Positions 21,303 to 37,640 are shown, counted from the stretch's first letter. The stretch: 64,000 nt of DNA from Escherichia coli (GCF_044324875.1 NZ_CP172185.1), one strand, 5' to 3'. A program made the numbers and translations. The notes: a model not told the origin generated them from the letters alone.

Positions 21303-21810
21303 TTTTCTTCCGTGCGAGCATCAAGACATCCGGGTTGACCTTTACACCGCTACGCGATAAGGCATCCAGGTTTACGGCAAATCTGACGTCATTATTGTGG
21401 ATGATCAGACAAAAGGCGCTACCAATAATGCACTCGGTATTTTGTTCGGCAATTAATAATAACGCCTTTGACGGATATTGTTCGGTTAATTCCATCTGGA
21501 ATGTCGGTGACTCGTTGCCAAAATAAAAACCATTGCAGCCTGAAATCATCGCCTCTTGTTGAGTGTGAATGATGACAGGCAAATAAGGCAAAGATGTCGC
21601 GGCATTCTCTTGTAGGGCGGTACTAAAACGTGAAGATGAAAAGATACATAACTTTGGTGGCCCTGATAGCGCAGGCCAGCGGGTGTAACTGACAATACCG
21701 GAAACCATCATACGCACGTTTTTCGCAACGTCAGAAGGCTCCTGAGCGAGTATTGGTGCTCCCGTCAGCAGGAGAATCAGCAGTAAGAACAGTCGGTGAG
21801 AAAAACGCAT
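21292..21810 (-). CDS. yfiR: Periplasmic repressor YfiR of DgcN
   Basis: 172 aa with signal peptide; overlaps the dgcN start by 11 nt. Confidence 0.88.
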
Positions 21811-21956
21811 TCAGGGATCCTCACCATCTTCGCTCGAAATGCATCGATATTTTTTCAGAATGCTCATTAAAATATCATCCTTTCATGCGGTCGTCATCAA
21901 TGTGAGAAATAAAACATAATGAGTAAAATCTCATGCTTAATTTATTTGGGGGGTAA

Positions 21957-22322
21957 TTAATTTAATCGTATTGTGCTGGCATTTTCATCAGCCCCTTTTC
22001 GCCATACTTCATGCAGTTGGCTGGCATTTTCAACATTATTGCAGCTGGCAGGAAAGCTTTTACCAGAAAGTCCTCGGGCATAAGTAAAATCGGTCTGGCA
22101 AGTTTTCTTTTGTCCTTCGGCATATCCTTTAAGGTATAGACCGCGATCCGCCTGTGAATCGCTAAATGCATCGTCATCTTTTATGGCGCTGCCCGATATC
22201 GCATCTTCCATACCGACATCATACCAGTCGGTGCTGGTCAAGGTTGGCGCGTGAGTATAAGGATCAATCTGACATCCGCTAACCAGTAAAGCCAACAAGG
22301 GGGCGATAAACTTTTTCATCAT
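21957..22322 (-). CDS. yfiL: Lipoprotein YfiL
   Basis: 121 aa starting MMKKFIAPLLALLVSGCQ. The ORF track start at 22340 is an upstream extension. Confidence 0.8.
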   Translation of the reverse strand: MMKKFIAPLLALLVSGCQIDPYTHAPTLTSTDWYDVGMEDAISGSAIKDDDAFSDSQADRGLYLKGYAEGQKKTCQTDFTYARGLSGKSFPASCNNVENASQLHEVWRKGADENASTIRLN

Positions 22323-22359
22323 TTCTTTCTCCTTTTTCAAAGCATAGCGGATTGTTTTT

Positions 22360-22440
22360 AAAGGAGGTGTAAATTTATTTGTACGAAATAAGCATCAAAA
22401 GCGCGAGTAAATTGTTCCTGTAAAGAAAAATGTACGAAAT
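22360..22440 (+). promoter_or_regulatory. aroF promoter region with TyrR-box-like palindromes
   Basis: TGTAAATTTATTTGTACA and TGTAAAGAAAAATGTACG resemble the TyrR box TGTAAA-N6-TTTACA; aroF is TyrR-repressed in E. coli. Confidence 0.45.
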
Positions 22441-22530
22441 ATGGATTGAAAACTTTACTTTATGTGTTATCGTTACGTCATCCTCGCTGAGGATCAACTA
22501 TCGCAAACGAGCATAAACAGGATCGCCATC

Positions 22531-23601
22531 ATGCAAAAAGACGCGCTGAATAACGTACATATTACCGACGAACAGGTTTTAATGACTCCGGAACAACTGA
22601 AGGCCGCTTTTCCATTGAGCCTGCAACAAGAAGCCCAGATTGCTGACTCGCGTAAAACCATTTCAGATATTATCGCCGGGCGCGATCCTCGTCTGCTGGT
22701 AGTATGTGGTCCTTGTTCCATTCATGATCCGGAAACTGCTCTGGAATATGCTCGTCGATTTAAAGCCCTTGCCGCAGAGGTCAGCGATAGCCTCTATCTG
22801 GTAATGCGCGTCTATTTTGAAAAACCCCGTACCACTGTCGGCTGGAAAGGGTTAATTAACGATCCCCATATGGATGGCTCTTTTGATGTAGAAGCCGGGC
22901 TGCAGATCGCGCGTAAATTGCTGCTTGAGCTGGTGAATATGGGACTGCCACTGGCGACGGAAGCGTTAGATCCAAATAGCCCGCAATACCTGGGCGATCT
23001 GTTTAGCTGGTCAGCAATTGGTGCTCGTACAACGGAATCGCAAACTCACCGTGAAATGGCCTCCGGGCTTTCCATGCCGGTTGGTTTTAAAAACGGCACC
23101 GACGGCAGCCTTGCAACGGCAATTAACGCTATGCGCGCCGCCGCCCAGCCGCACCGTTTTGTTGGCATTAACCAGGCAGGTCAGGTTGCGTTGCTACAAA
23201 CTCAGGGGAATCCGGACGGACATGTGATCCTGCGCGGTGGTAAAGCGCCGAACTATAGCCCTGCGGATGTTGCGCAATGTGAAAAAGAGATGGAACAGGC
23301 GGGACTGCGCCCGTCTCTGATGGTAGATTGCAGCCACGGTAATTCCAATAAAGATTATCGCCGTCAGCCTGCGGTGGCAGAATCCGTGGTTGCTCAAATC
23401 AAAGATGGTAATCGCTCCATTATTGGTCTGATGATTGAAAGTAATATCCACGAAGGTAATCAGTCTTCCGAACAGCCGCGTAGCGAAATGAAATACGGCG
23501 TGTCTGTAACCGATGCCTGCATTAGCTGGGAAATGACCGATGCCTTACTGCGTGAGATCCATCATGATCTCAACGGGCAGCTGACGGCTCGCGTGGCTTA
23601 A
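22531..23601 (+). CDS. aroF: DAHP synthase, Tyr-sensitive
   Basis: 356 aa starting [24 protein letters not shown]. The ORF track start at 22462 is an upstream extension. Confidence 0.95.
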   Translation: MQKDALNNVHITDEQVLMTPEQLKAAFPLSLQQEAQIADSRKTISDIIAGRDPRLLVVCGPCSIHDPETALEYARRFKALAAEVSDSLYLVMRVYFEKPRTTVGWKGLINDPHMDGSFDVEAGLQIARKLLLELVNMGLPLATEALDPNSPQYLGDLFSWSAIGARTTESQTHREMASGLSMPVGFKNGTDGSLATAINAMRAAAQPHRFVGINQAGQVALLQTQGNPDGHVILRGGKAPNYSPADVAQCEKEMEQAGLRPSLMVDCSHGNSNKDYRRQPAVAESVVAQIKDGNRSIIGLMIESNIHEGNQSSEQPRSEMKYGVSVTDACISWEMTDALLREIHHDLNGQLTARVA

Positions 23602-23611
23602 GAGGTTTATT

Positions 23612-24733
23612 ATGGTTGCTGAGTTGACCGCATTACGCGATCAAATTGATGAAGTCGATAAAGCGCTGCTGAATTTATTAGCGAAGCGTCTGGAACTGGT
23701 TGCTGAAGTGGGCGAGGTGAAAAGCCGCTTTGGACTGCCTATTTATGTTCCGGAGCGCGAGGCATCTATGTTGGCCTCGCGTCGTGCAGAGGCGGAAGCT
23801 CTGGGTGTACCGCCAGATCTGATTGAGGATGTTTTGCGTCGGGTGATGCGTGAATCTTACTCCAGTGAAAACGACAAAGGATTTAAAACACTTTGTCCGT
23901 CACTGCGTCCGGTGGTTATCGTCGGCGGTGGCGGTCAGATGGGACGCCTGTTCGAGAAGATGCTGACACTATCGGGTTATCAGGTGCGGATTCTGGAGCA
24001 ACATGACTGGGATCGAGCGGCTGAAATTGTTGCCGATGCCGGAATGGTGATTGTTAGTGTGCCAATCCACGTTACTGAGCAAGTTATCGGCAAATTACCG
24101 CCTTTACCGAAAGATTGTATTCTGGTCGATCTGGCATCAGTGAAAAATGGGCCATTACAGGCCATGCTGGCGGCGCATGATGGTCCGGTGCTGGGGCTAC
24201 ACCCGATGTTCGGTCCGGACAGCGGTAGCCTGGCAAAGCAAGTTGTGGTCTGGTGTGATGGACGTAAGCCGGAAGCATACCAATGGTTTCTGGAGCAAAT
24301 TCAGGTCTGGGGCGCTCGGCTGCATCGTATTAGCGCTGTCGAGCACGATCAGAATATGGCGTTTATTCAGGCTCTGCGCCACTTTGCTACTTTTGCTTAT
24401 GGGCTGCACCTGGCAGAAGAAAATGTTCAGCTTGAGCAACTTCTGGCGCTCTCTTCGCCGATTTACCGCCTTGAACTGGCGATGGTTGGGCGACTGTTTG
24501 CTCAGGATCCGCAGCTTTATGCCGACATTATTATGTCGTCAGAGCGTAATCTGGCGTTAATCAAACGTTACTATAAGCGTTTCGGCGAGGCGATTGAGTT
24601 GCTGGAGCAGGGCGATAAGCAGGCGTTTATTGACAGTTTCCGCAAGGTGGAGCACTGGTTCGGCGATTACGCACAGCGTTTTCAGAGTGAAAGCCGCGTG
24701 TTATTGCGTCAGGCGAATGACAACCGCCACTAA
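23612..24733 (+). CDS. tyrA: Bifunctional chorismate mutase / prephenate dehydrogenase (T-protein)
   Basis: 373-aa [40 protein letters not shown]... Confidence 0.95.
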   Translation: MVAELTALRDQIDEVDKALLNLLAKRLELVAEVGEVKSRFGLPIYVPEREASMLASRRAEAEALGVPPDLIEDVLRRVMRESYSSENDKGFKTLCPSLRPVVIVGGGGQMGRLFEKMLTLSGYQVRILEQHDWDRAAEIVADAGMVIVSVPIHVTEQVIGKLPPLPKDCILVDLASVKNGPLQAMLAAHDGPVLGLHPMFGPDSGSLAKQVVVWCDGRKPEAYQWFLEQIQVWGARLHRISAVEHDQNMAFIQALRHFATFAYGLHLAEENVQLEQLLALSSPIYRLELAMVGRLFAQDPQLYADIIMSSERNLALIKRYYKRFGEAIELLEQGDKQAFIDSFRKVEHWFGDYAQRFQSESRVLLRQANDNRH

Positions 24734-24775
24734 TAATCCAGTGCCGGGTGATTCACATCATCCGGCACCTTTTCA

Positions 24776-25936
24776 TCAGGTTGGATCAACAGGCACTACG
24801 TTCTCACTTGGGTAACAGCCCAATACCTTCATCGAACGGGTGATGTCCCCTAACTCTTTCAATGCTTTTTGCATTTCCGCTGATTCAAGATTGGCCTGAA
24901 TATCCAGATAAAACATCTCTTCCCATGGATTACCGTGAATCGGGCGTGACTCCAGACGGGTCATAATCAGATTGTGGTTGCGCAGTACCAGCAACGCTTC
25001 AACCAGCGCACCAGCTTGTTGCCCGGTCGCCATTAACAACGTCGTTTTCGCTGGAACCTGGTCAGACACGTTAATGGCTTTACGTGCCAACACCACAAAT
25101 CGGGTGAAGTTTTGTCGCTGATTCGCTTCAATACGCTCCAGTACCTGCAAACCGTACAAAGTGCCGCCAGCTTCGCTTCCCAACGCAGCAACATGCGGTG
25201 ATTTTGCCTGTGCAACCTTTTCCATTGCCGCAGACGTACTTTCGGTATATTCAATCTTCCAGTGCGGATAACGATTAAGGAATTTGCTGCATTGCTGGAA
25301 TGGCTGCGGATGGCTGTAGACCGTATTGATGGTGGATAAATCAGTAGTGCCGGAGACCAACAAACAATGGTCGATAGTTAACGTCATCTCGCCAACAATC
25401 GACAAACTGGTATGTTGTAGCAGATCGTAAACGTCATTTATGGCACCGGAGCTGGTATTTTCAATCGGTACGACGGCATAGTCGGCCTGGCCGGTTTCCA
25501 CCTGATTAAAAATATCGGCAAATTTGGCGCAGCCACTTTCAATGAATTGCTCAAAGTGACGGGCAGCATACTGGCGCGCCGCAAGATGGGAATAAGAACC
25601 TTTGGGGCCGAGAAAAGCGATGCGTGCTGAGTGCGGATTAATTTTATTGAGATGTTGCTGGAGCAAAGCCTGCTGAGTTAATACGGAATCTTCAATGATG
25701 AGCTGGAACAGGCGAGTAATGTAATGGGCGTCCAGATGGTGCGCTTTACCGAGCGTAATTAATCTTTCCAGCAAATCGCGTTCACGATCAATATCACGTA
25801 CCGGGCGATGCGAGAGCAGTTTGGCTTTTCCCACCTCAACGGCCAGTTCGCGCCGCTCTGCCAGTAATGCTAATAATTTTTCATCCAGCGCGCTGATTTT
25901 CTCACGCAGCGCCAGTAACGGGTTTTCCGATGTCAT
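24776..25936 (-). CDS. pheA: Bifunctional chorismate mutase / prephenate dehydratase (P-protein)
   Basis: 386-aa [42 protein letters not shown]... Confidence 0.95.
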   Translation of the reverse strand: MTSENPLLALREKISALDEKLLALLAERRELAVEVGKAKLLSHRPVRDIDRERDLLERLITLGKAHHLDAHYITRLFQLIIEDSVLTQQALLQQHLNKINPHSARIAFLGPKGSYSHLAARQYAARHFEQFIESGCAKFADIFNQVETGQADYAVVPIENTSSGAINDVYDLLQHTSLSIVGEMTLTIDHCLLVSGTTDLSTINTVYSHPQPFQQCSKFLNRYPHWKIEYTESTSAAMEKVAQAKSPHVAALGSEAGGTLYGLQVLERIEANQRQNFTRFVVLARKAINVSDQVPAKTTLLMATGQQAGALVEALLVLRNHNLIMTRLESRPIHGNPWEEMFYLDIQANLESAEMQKALKELGDITRSMKVLGCYPSENVVPVDPT

Positions 25937-25959
25937 AGTGTTGCCTTTTTTGTTATCAA

Positions 25960-25990
25960 TAAAAAAGGCCCCCCGATTTGGGAGGCCTTA
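25960..25990 (-). terminator. pheA attenuator terminator hairpin
   Basis: On the minus strand: AAGGCCTCCCAAATCGGGGGGCCTTTTTTATTG, a GC-rich stem followed by a U-tract, between pheL and pheA. Confidence 0.6.
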
Positions 25991-26035
25991 TTGTTCGTCT
26001 TCGCATTCTGTTTCACACGACGAAACGCCTCCCAT

Positions 26036-26083
26036 TCAGGGGAAGGTAAAAAAGAATGCGAAGAAAAACGGTGTGTGTTTCAT
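26036..26083 (-). CDS. pheL: phe operon leader peptide (15 aa, 7 Phe)
   Basis: Minus strand ATGAAACACACACCGTTTTTCTTCGCATTCTTTTTTACCTTCCCCTGA encodes [15 protein letters not shown]. Under 60 aa, so absent from the ORF track. Confidence 0.85.
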   Translation of the reverse strand: [15 protein letters not shown]

Positions 26084-26186
26084 GTTTGTTTCCTTAAGTG
26101 ACTTTAGTACAGTACCCGTACTGTTTTCACGCTGTCAACAAAAAACGCGCCCGAAGGCGCGTTGGCGATACACTCAATATAAAGGA

Positions 26187-26582
<396 letters not shown>

Positions 26583-26798
26583 TCAAAATGTGTGATGGAA
26601 ATCTCATAATTTTGTCACTTTTTGTCAACGAATCTTTTTTGTGAGAAATCGCAGGAAGAGGTGTTTTTTTACTTGAGGAATATCTCAAAGCGAGCCATAT
26701 TTGATGAGATCGATAGTGACTAAATCGCTTCAGTTTCACAACTAACAGAATAAAAAAACGGCAGCTCAAGGGCTGCCGTTTTGTGTTTCAGGTTTTTG

Positions 26799-27536
26799 TT
26801 ATGTATTGCTGCTGTTTGCAGCGATGATTTTCGCTACTTTTTCAGCTTGCGCATTCATCTGCATCTGACGGTATGCATTTTCCATCAGCGGCAGCGCATC
26901 ACGCGTAGCCTGGGTATCCGGGTAGTCGCGCAACATGCCTTCTACGCGGTTAACGACGGCAACCCATGCACCACGTTCTGTATAGTACTCGGCAACGGAG
27001 TATTCATATTTCGCCAGACGATCTTTCAGGAATACCAGACGTTTGGTGGCATCGGTGGTGTACTGACTGTTCGGATAGCCGCGCACCAGTTTGGAAAAGT
27101 CACTAAACGCAGCTCGTGCATGTTGAGGATCGCGATCGCTACGGTCAACGCCAAAGAACCCTTGCAGTGCACTGTCATCGAGCGCCATATTGGTCAGGCC
27201 ACGCATGTACATGACATAATCGATATTCGGATGGGTCGGGTTAAGGCGAATAAAACGATCGATGGCAGCCTGTGCTAACGGCAAATCGGCGTTTTTATAG
27301 TAGGCGTAGATGAGATCCAGCTGCACCTGCTGCGAATACGGACCAAACGGATAGCGATTATCTAACGCTTCCAGTTGCGTTATTGCCTGTCTCCAGTTAC
27401 CGTCCTGCAGCTTTTGTTGTGCAGTCGCGTAAATTTCATTTGGCGGATTATCAGGTACTTCTTCCTTTGACCCCGAGCAACCCGCCAAAAACAGGCTTAG
27501 TGTGGCGGCTGCCACCAGATATTTCATGCGCGTCAT
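26799..27536 (-). CDS. bamD: Outer membrane protein assembly factor BamD (YfiO) lipoprotein
   Basis: 245 aa with lipobox [12 protein letters not shown] and TPR-like content. Confidence 0.95.
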
Positions 27537-27670
27537 GACGTTTTGACTTTCCTCAAAATGTAATACGGGAGATTCTCTGTTCCTGCTCCCGGTTAAGACC
27601 AGCTACAATAGCACACTATATTAAACGGCAAAGCCGTAAAACCCCAACGATAAACGAAGAAGCAGTATAT

Positions 27671-28651
27671 ATGGCACAACGAGTACAGCTCACTGCAACG
27701 GTGTCCGAAAACCAACTCGGTCAACGCTTAGATCAGGCTTTGGCCGAAATGTTCCCGGATTATTCACGTTCGCGGATAAAAGAATGGATCCTCGACCAGC
27801 GCGTGCTGGTTAACGGCAAAGTTTGTGATAAGCCGAAAGAAAAAGTATTGGGTGGCGAGCAGGTGGCCATCAACGCTGAGATTGAAGAAGAAGCGCGTTT
27901 TGAACCGCAGGATATCCCGCTGGATATCGTCTATGAAGATGAAGATATCATCGTCATTAATAAACCACGCGACCTGGTGGTACATCCTGGCGCGGGTAAC
28001 CCGGATGGTACGGTACTGAATGCGTTACTTCATTACTATCCGCCCATTGCCGATGTACCGCGTGCGGGCATCGTCCATCGTCTGGATAAAGACACCACCG
28101 GCCTGATGGTTGTGGCAAAAACCGTTCCGGCTCAGACGCGTTTAGTCGAATCTTTGCAACGGCGTGAAATTACTCGTGAGTATGAAGCGGTGGCAATTGG
28201 TCATATGACCGCTGGCGGTACAGTAGATGAACCAATCAGCCGCCACCCGACCAAACGTACTCACATGGCGGTGCATCCCATGGGCAAACCGGCGGTCACT
28301 CACTATCGCATCATGGAACACTTCCGTGTGCACACGCGTCTGCGGTTGCGTCTGGAAACTGGACGTACGCACCAGATCCGCGTGCATATGGCCCATATCA
28401 CTCATCCGCTGGTGGGCGATCCGGTTTATGGTGGCCGTCCGCGTCCGCCAAAAGGTGCTTCGGAAGCGTTTATCTCCACGCTGCGTAAATTTGACCGCCA
28501 GGCGCTTCATGCAACCATGCTGCGTCTTTATCACCCGATCTCCGGTATCGAAATGGAATGGCATGCGCCTATTCCACAAGATATGGTGGAGCTGATTGAG
28601 GTGATGCGCGCCGATTTCGAAGAGCATAAAGATGAAGTGGACTGGTTATGA
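27671..28651 (+). CDS. rluD: 23S rRNA pseudouridine(1911/1915/1917) synthase RluD
   Basis: 326 aa; S4 domain and motif HRLDKDTTGLMVVAKT. Confidence 0.95.
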   Translation: MAQRVQLTATVSENQLGQRLDQALAEMFPDYSRSRIKEWILDQRVLVNGKVCDKPKEKVLGGEQVAINAEIEEEARFEPQDIPLDIVYEDEDIIVINKPRDLVVHPGAGNPDGTVLNALLHYYPPIADVPRAGIVHRLDKDTTGLMVVAKTVPAQTRLVESLQRREITREYEAVAIGHMTAGGTVDEPISRHPTKRTHMAVHPMGKPAVTHYRIMEHFRVHTRLRLRLETGRTHQIRVHMAHITHPLVGDPVYGGRPRPPKGASEAFISTLRKFDRQALHATMLRLYHPISGIEMEWHAPIPQDMVELIEVMRADFEEHKDEVDWL

Positions 28652-29379
28652 GTAAGCTGATTGTCCCGCAGTGGCCGCTGCCAAAAGGTGTTGCGGCCTG
28701 TAGCTCTACTCGTATCGGCGGCGTGAGCGTGCCCCCGTATGACTCGCTCAACCTCGGTGCCCATTGTGGCGATAACCCGGATCACGTTGAGGAGAATCGC
28801 AAGCGACTTTTTGCTGCGGGCAATTTGCCTTCAATACCGGTCTGGCTTGAGCAGGTACACGGCAAAGATGTGCTTAAGCTTACTGGCGAACCTTATGCCT
28901 CAAAACGAGCAGATGCCTCTTATAGCAACACGCCGGGCACGGTTTGCGCAGTGATGACTGCCGACTGCCTCCCCGTGCTGTTTTGCAATCGAGCGGGAAC
29001 GGAAGTCGCCGCCGCTCATGCTGGCTGGCGTGGACTGTGCGCAGGCGTGCTGGAAGAGACGGTTTCCTGTTTTGCTGATAATCCGGAAAATATTCTCGCC
29101 TGGTTAGGGCCGGCAATTGGTCCACGCGCGTTCGAAGTGGGGGCGGAGGTTCGCGAGGCGTTTATGGCAGTAGACGCCGAAGCGAGTACAGCTTTCATTC
29201 AGCATGGTGATAAGTATCTGGCGGACATTTATCAGCTTGCCCGGCAGCGTCTGGCGAGAGTTGGTATTGAACAAATTTTCGGCGGCGACCGTTGTACATA
29301 TACGGAAAATGAGACTTTCTTCTCTTATCGTCGCGACAAGACCACCGGTCGTATGGCAAGTTTCATTTGGCTGATATAA
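28648..29379 (+). CDS. yfiH: Purine nucleoside phosphorylase / laccase-domain protein YfiH (PgeF)
   Basis: 243 aa; 4-nt overlap with rluD. Confidence 0.9.
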   Translation: MSKLIVPQWPLPKGVAACSSTRIGGVSVPPYDSLNLGAHCGDNPDHVEENRKRLFAAGNLPSIPVWLEQVHGKDVLKLTGEPYASKRADASYSNTPGTVCAVMTADCLPVLFCNRAGTEVAAAHAGWRGLCAGVLEETVSCFADNPENILAWLGPAIGPRAFEVGAEVREAFMAVDAEASTAFIQHGDKYLADIYQLARQRLARVGIEQIFGGDRCTYTENETFFSYRRDKTTGRMASFIWLI

Positions 29380-29441
29380 CCTAAAGAATCAAGACGATCC
29401 GGTACGCGTGATTTTCTTTTCACATTAATCTGGTCAATAAC

Positions 29442-29470
29442 CTTGAATAATTGAGGGATGACCTCATTTA
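29442..29470 (+). promoter_or_regulatory. Putative sigma-32 promoter of clpB
   Basis: CTTGAAT at 29442-29448 and CCTCATTTA at 29462-29470, about 40 nt upstream of the clpB ATG. Confidence 0.5.
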
Positions 29471-29508
29471 ATCTCCAGTAGCAACTTTGATCCGTTATGG
29501 GAGGAGTT

Positions 29509-32082
29509 ATGCGTCTGGATCGTCTTACTAATAAATTCCAGCTTGCTCTTGCCGATGCCCAATCACTTGCACTCGGGCACGACAACCAATTCATCGAACC
29601 ACTTCATTTAATGAGCGCCCTGCTGAATCAGGAAGGGGGTTCGGTTAGTCCTTTATTAACATCCGCTGGCATAAATGCTGGCCAGTTGCGCACAGATATC
29701 AATCAGGCATTAAATCGTTTACCGCAGGTTGAAGGTACTGGTGGTGATGTCCAGCCATCACAAGATCTGGTGCGCGTTCTTAATCTTTGCGACAAGCTGG
29801 CGCAAAAACGTGGTGATAACTTTATCTCGTCAGAACTGTTCGTTCTGGCGGCACTTGAGTCTCGCGGCACGCTGGCCGACATCCTGAAAGCAGCAGGGGC
29901 GACCACCGCCAACATTACTCAAGCGATTGAACAAATGCGTGGAGGTGAAAGCGTGAACGATCAAGGTGCTGAAGACCAACGTCAGGCTTTGAAAAAATAT
30001 ACCATCGACCTTACCGAACGAGCCGAACAGGGTAAACTCGATCCGGTGATTGGTCGTGATGAAGAAATTCGCCGTACCATTCAGGTGCTGCAACGTCGTA
30101 CTAAAAATAACCCGGTACTGATTGGTGAACCAGGCGTCGGTAAAACTGCCATCGTTGAAGGTCTGGCGCAGCGTATCATCAACGGCGAAGTGCCGGAAGG
30201 GTTGAAAGGCCGCCGCGTACTGGCGCTGGATATGGGCGCGCTGGTGGCTGGGGCGAAATATCGCGGTGAGTTTGAAGAACGTTTAAAAGGCGTACTTAAC
30301 GATCTTGCTAAACAGGAAGGCAACGTCATCCTGTTTATCGACGAATTACATACCATGGTCGGCGCGGGTAAAGCAGATGGCGCAATGGACGCCGGAAACA
30401 TGCTGAAACCGGCGCTGGCGCGTGGTGAATTGCACTGCGTAGGTGCCACGACGCTTGACGAATATCGCCAGTACATCGAAAAAGATGCTGCGCTGGAACG
30501 TCGTTTCCAGAAAGTGTTTGTTGCCGAGCCTTCTGTTGAAGATACCATTGCGATTCTGCGTGGCCTGAAAGAACGTTACGAGCTGCACCACCATGTGCAA
30601 ATTACTGACCCGGCAATTGTTGCAGCGGCGACGTTGTCACATCGCTACATTGCTGACCGTCAGCTGCCGGATAAAGCCATCGACCTGATCGATGAAGCAG
30701 CATCCAGCATTCGTATGCAGATTGACTCAAAACCAGAAGAACTCGACCGACTCGATCGCCGTATCATCCAGCTCAAACTGGAACAACAGGCGTTAATGAA
30801 AGAGTCTGATGAAGCCAGTAAAAAACGTCTGGATATGCTCAACGAAGAACTGAGCGACAAAGAACGTCAGTACTCTGAGTTAGAAGAAGAGTGGAAAGCA
30901 GAGAAGGCATCGCTTTCTGGTACGCAGACCATTAAAGCGGAACTGGAACAGGCGAAAATCGCTATTGAACAGGCTCGCCGTGTGGGGGACCTGGCGCGGA
31001 TGTCTGAACTGCAATACGGCAAAATCCCGGAACTGGAAAAGCAACTGGAAGCCGCAACGCAGCTCGAAGGCAAAACTATGCGTCTGTTGCGTAATAAAGT
31101 GACCGACGCCGAAATTGCTGAAGTGCTGGCGCGTTGGACGGGGATTCCGGTTTCTCGCATGATGGAAAGCGAGCGCGAAAAACTGCTGCGTATGGAGCAA
31201 GAGCTGCACCATCGCGTTATTGGTCAGAACGAAGCGGTTGATGCGGTATCTAACGCTATTCGTCGTAGCCGCGCAGGGCTTGCTGACCCGAATCGCCCGA
31301 TTGGTTCATTCCTGTTCCTCGGCCCAACGGGTGTGGGGAAAACTGAGCTTTGTAAGGCGCTGGCGAACTTTATGTTTGATAGCGACGAGGCGATGGTCCG
31401 TATCGATATGTCCGAGTTTATGGAGAAACACTCGGTGTCTCGTCTGGTTGGTGCGCCTCCGGGATATGTCGGTTATGAAGAAGGTGGCTACCTGACCGAA
31501 GCGGTGCGTCGTCGTCCGTATTCCGTCATCCTGCTGGATGAAGTGGAAAAAGCGCATCCGGATGTCTTCAACATTCTGTTGCAGGTACTGGATGATGGGC
31601 GTCTGACTGACGGGCAGGGGAGAACGGTCGACTTCCGTAATACGGTTGTCATTATGACCTCTAACCTCGGTTCCGATTTGATTCAGGAACGCTTCGGTGA
31701 ACTGGATTATGCGCACATGAAAGAGCTGGTGCTCGGTGTGGTAAGCCATAACTTCCGTCCGGAATTCATTAACCGTATCGATGAAGTGGTGGTCTTCCAT
31801 CCGCTGGGTGAACAGCACATTGCGTCGATTGCGCAGATTCAGTTGAAACGTCTGTACAAACGTCTGGAAGAACGTGGTTATGAAATCCACATTTCTGACG
31901 AGGCGCTGAAACTGCTGAGCGAGAACGGTTACGATCCGGTCTATGGTGCACGTCCTCTGAAACGTGCTATCCAGCAGCAGATCGAAAACCCGCTGGCACA
32001 GCAAATACTGTCTGGTGAATTGGTTCCGGGTAAAGTTATTCGCCTGGAAGTTAATGAAGACCGGATTGTCGCCGTCCAGTAA
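29509..32082 (+). CDS. clpB: Chaperone ClpB (Hsp100 disaggregase)
   Basis: 857 aa starting [18 protein letters not shown]; two AAA+ modules ([18 protein letters not shown]). The ORF track start at 29497 is 4 codons upstream. Confidence 0.95.
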
Positions 32083-32196
32083 TGATAAAACGAGCCCTTC
32101 GGGGCTCGTTTTTGTCTATAAATTAGACGGAAAAGACTATATTTAAGATGTTTTGCCTGAAAAATGAGCGAACGATAAAGTTTTTATATTTTTCGC

Positions 32197-32224
32197 TTGT
32201 CAGGCCGGAATAACTCCCTATAAT
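32197..32224 (+). promoter_or_regulatory. rRNA operon promoter P1
   Basis: TTGTCA (32197-32202), 16-nt spacer, TATAAT (32219-32224); AT-rich UP-element-like sequence upstream. Confidence 0.7.
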
Positions 32225-32313
32225 GCGCCACCACTGACACGGAACAACGGCAAACACGCCGCCGGGTCAGCGGGGTTCTCCTGAGAATCTCAACAGAGAA
32301 AAGCAAAAAATGC

Positions 32314-32341
32314 TTGACTCTGTAGCGGGAAAGCGTATTAT
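32314..32341 (+). promoter_or_regulatory. rRNA operon promoter P2
   Basis: TTGACT (32314-32319), 16-nt spacer, TATTAT (32336-32341). Confidence 0.7.
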
Positions 32342-32522
32342 GCACACCCCGCGCCGCTGAGAAAAAGCGAAGCGGCACTGCTCTTTAACAATTTATCAGA
32401 CAATCTGTGTGGGCACTCGAAGATACGGATTCTTAACGTCGCAAGACGAAAAATGAATACCAAGTCTCAAGAGTGAACACGTAATTCATTACGAAGTTTA
32501 ATTCTTTGAGCATCAAACTTTT

Positions 32523-34064
<1,542 letters not shown>

Positions 34065-34149
34065 CCTTAAAGAAGCGTACTTTGCAGTGCTCACACAGAT
34101 TGTCTGATAGAAAGTGAAAAGCAAGGCGTCTTGCGAAGCAGACTGATAC

Positions 34150-34225
34150 GTCCCCTTCGTCTAGAGGCCCAGGACACCGCCCTTTCACGGCGGTAACAGG
34201 GGTTCGAATCCCCTAGGGGACGCCA
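34150..34225 (+). tRNA. gltW: tRNA-Glu (UUC) in the 16S-23S spacer
   Basis: GTCCCCTTCGTCTAGAGGCCCAGGACACCGCCCTTTCACGGCGGTAACAGGGGTTCGAATCCCCTAGGGGACGCCA, 76 nt. Confidence 0.95.
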
Positions 34226-34418
34226 CTTGCTGGTTTGTGAGTGAAAGTCGCCGACCTCAATATCTCAAAACAGACTGTTAAGTCTTGTTTGAGATATTTG
34301 CTCTTTAAAAATCTGGATCAAGCTGAAAATTGAAACACTGAACAACGAAAGTTGTTCGTGAGTCTCTCAAATTTTCGCAACACGATGATGAATCGAAAGA
34401 AACATCTTCGGGTTGTGA

Positions 34419-37323
<2,905 letters not shown>

Positions 37324-37422
37324 ACAACGCCGAAGATGTTTTGGCGGATGAGAGAAAGATTTTCAGCCTGATACAGATTAAATCGACAGGTCATAACGAG
37401 ACGTGTTGATAAAACAGAATTT

Positions 37423-37541
37423 GCCTGGCGGCCGTAGCGCGGTGGTCCCACCTGACCCCATGCCGAACTCAGAAGTGAAACGCCGTAGCGCCGATGGTAG
37501 TGTGGGGTCTCCCCATGCGAGAGTAGGGAACTGCCAGGCAT
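37423..37541 (+). rRNA. rrfG: 5S ribosomal RNA
   Basis: TGCCTGGCGGCCGTAGCGCGGTGGTCCCACCTGACCCCATGCCGAACTCAG...CTGCCAGGCAT. Confidence 0.9.
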
Positions 37542-37552
37542 CAAATTAAGCG

Positions 37553-37581
37553 AAAGGCCATCCGAAAGGATGGCCTTTTTG
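37553..37581 (+). terminator. rRNA operon terminator
   Basis: Stem GGCCATCC, loop GAAA, stem GGATGGCC, then TTTTT. Confidence 0.7.
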
Positions 37582-37597
37582 CATTGGTGCAAAAAAA

Positions 37598-37640
37598 TGC
37601 CGGATGCGACGCTGGCGCGTCTTATCCAGCTTACGCAGGC
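37598..37640. repeat. REP (repetitive extragenic palindrome)-like element
   Basis: TGCCGGATGCGACGCTGGCGCGTCTTATCCAGCTTAC resembles the enterobacterial REP consensus. Confidence 0.5.

Noticed and set aside
22462-22530. N-terminal extension of aroF (MCYRYVILAEDQLSQ...), also considered as a possible leader peptide
   Set aside because: aroF is regulated by TyrR boxes, not attenuation; the extension has no Tyr/Phe run, and the established start is MQKDALNN at 22531.
29380-29508. Possible RyfD-type small RNA in the yfiH-clpB intergenic region
   Set aside because: I have a vague recollection of an sRNA annotated near clpB but cannot identify its sequence or strand here; the region is adequately explained by the clpB heat-shock promoter.
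31306-32004. 232-aa minus-strand ORF inside clpB
   Set aside because: Antisense to clpB.
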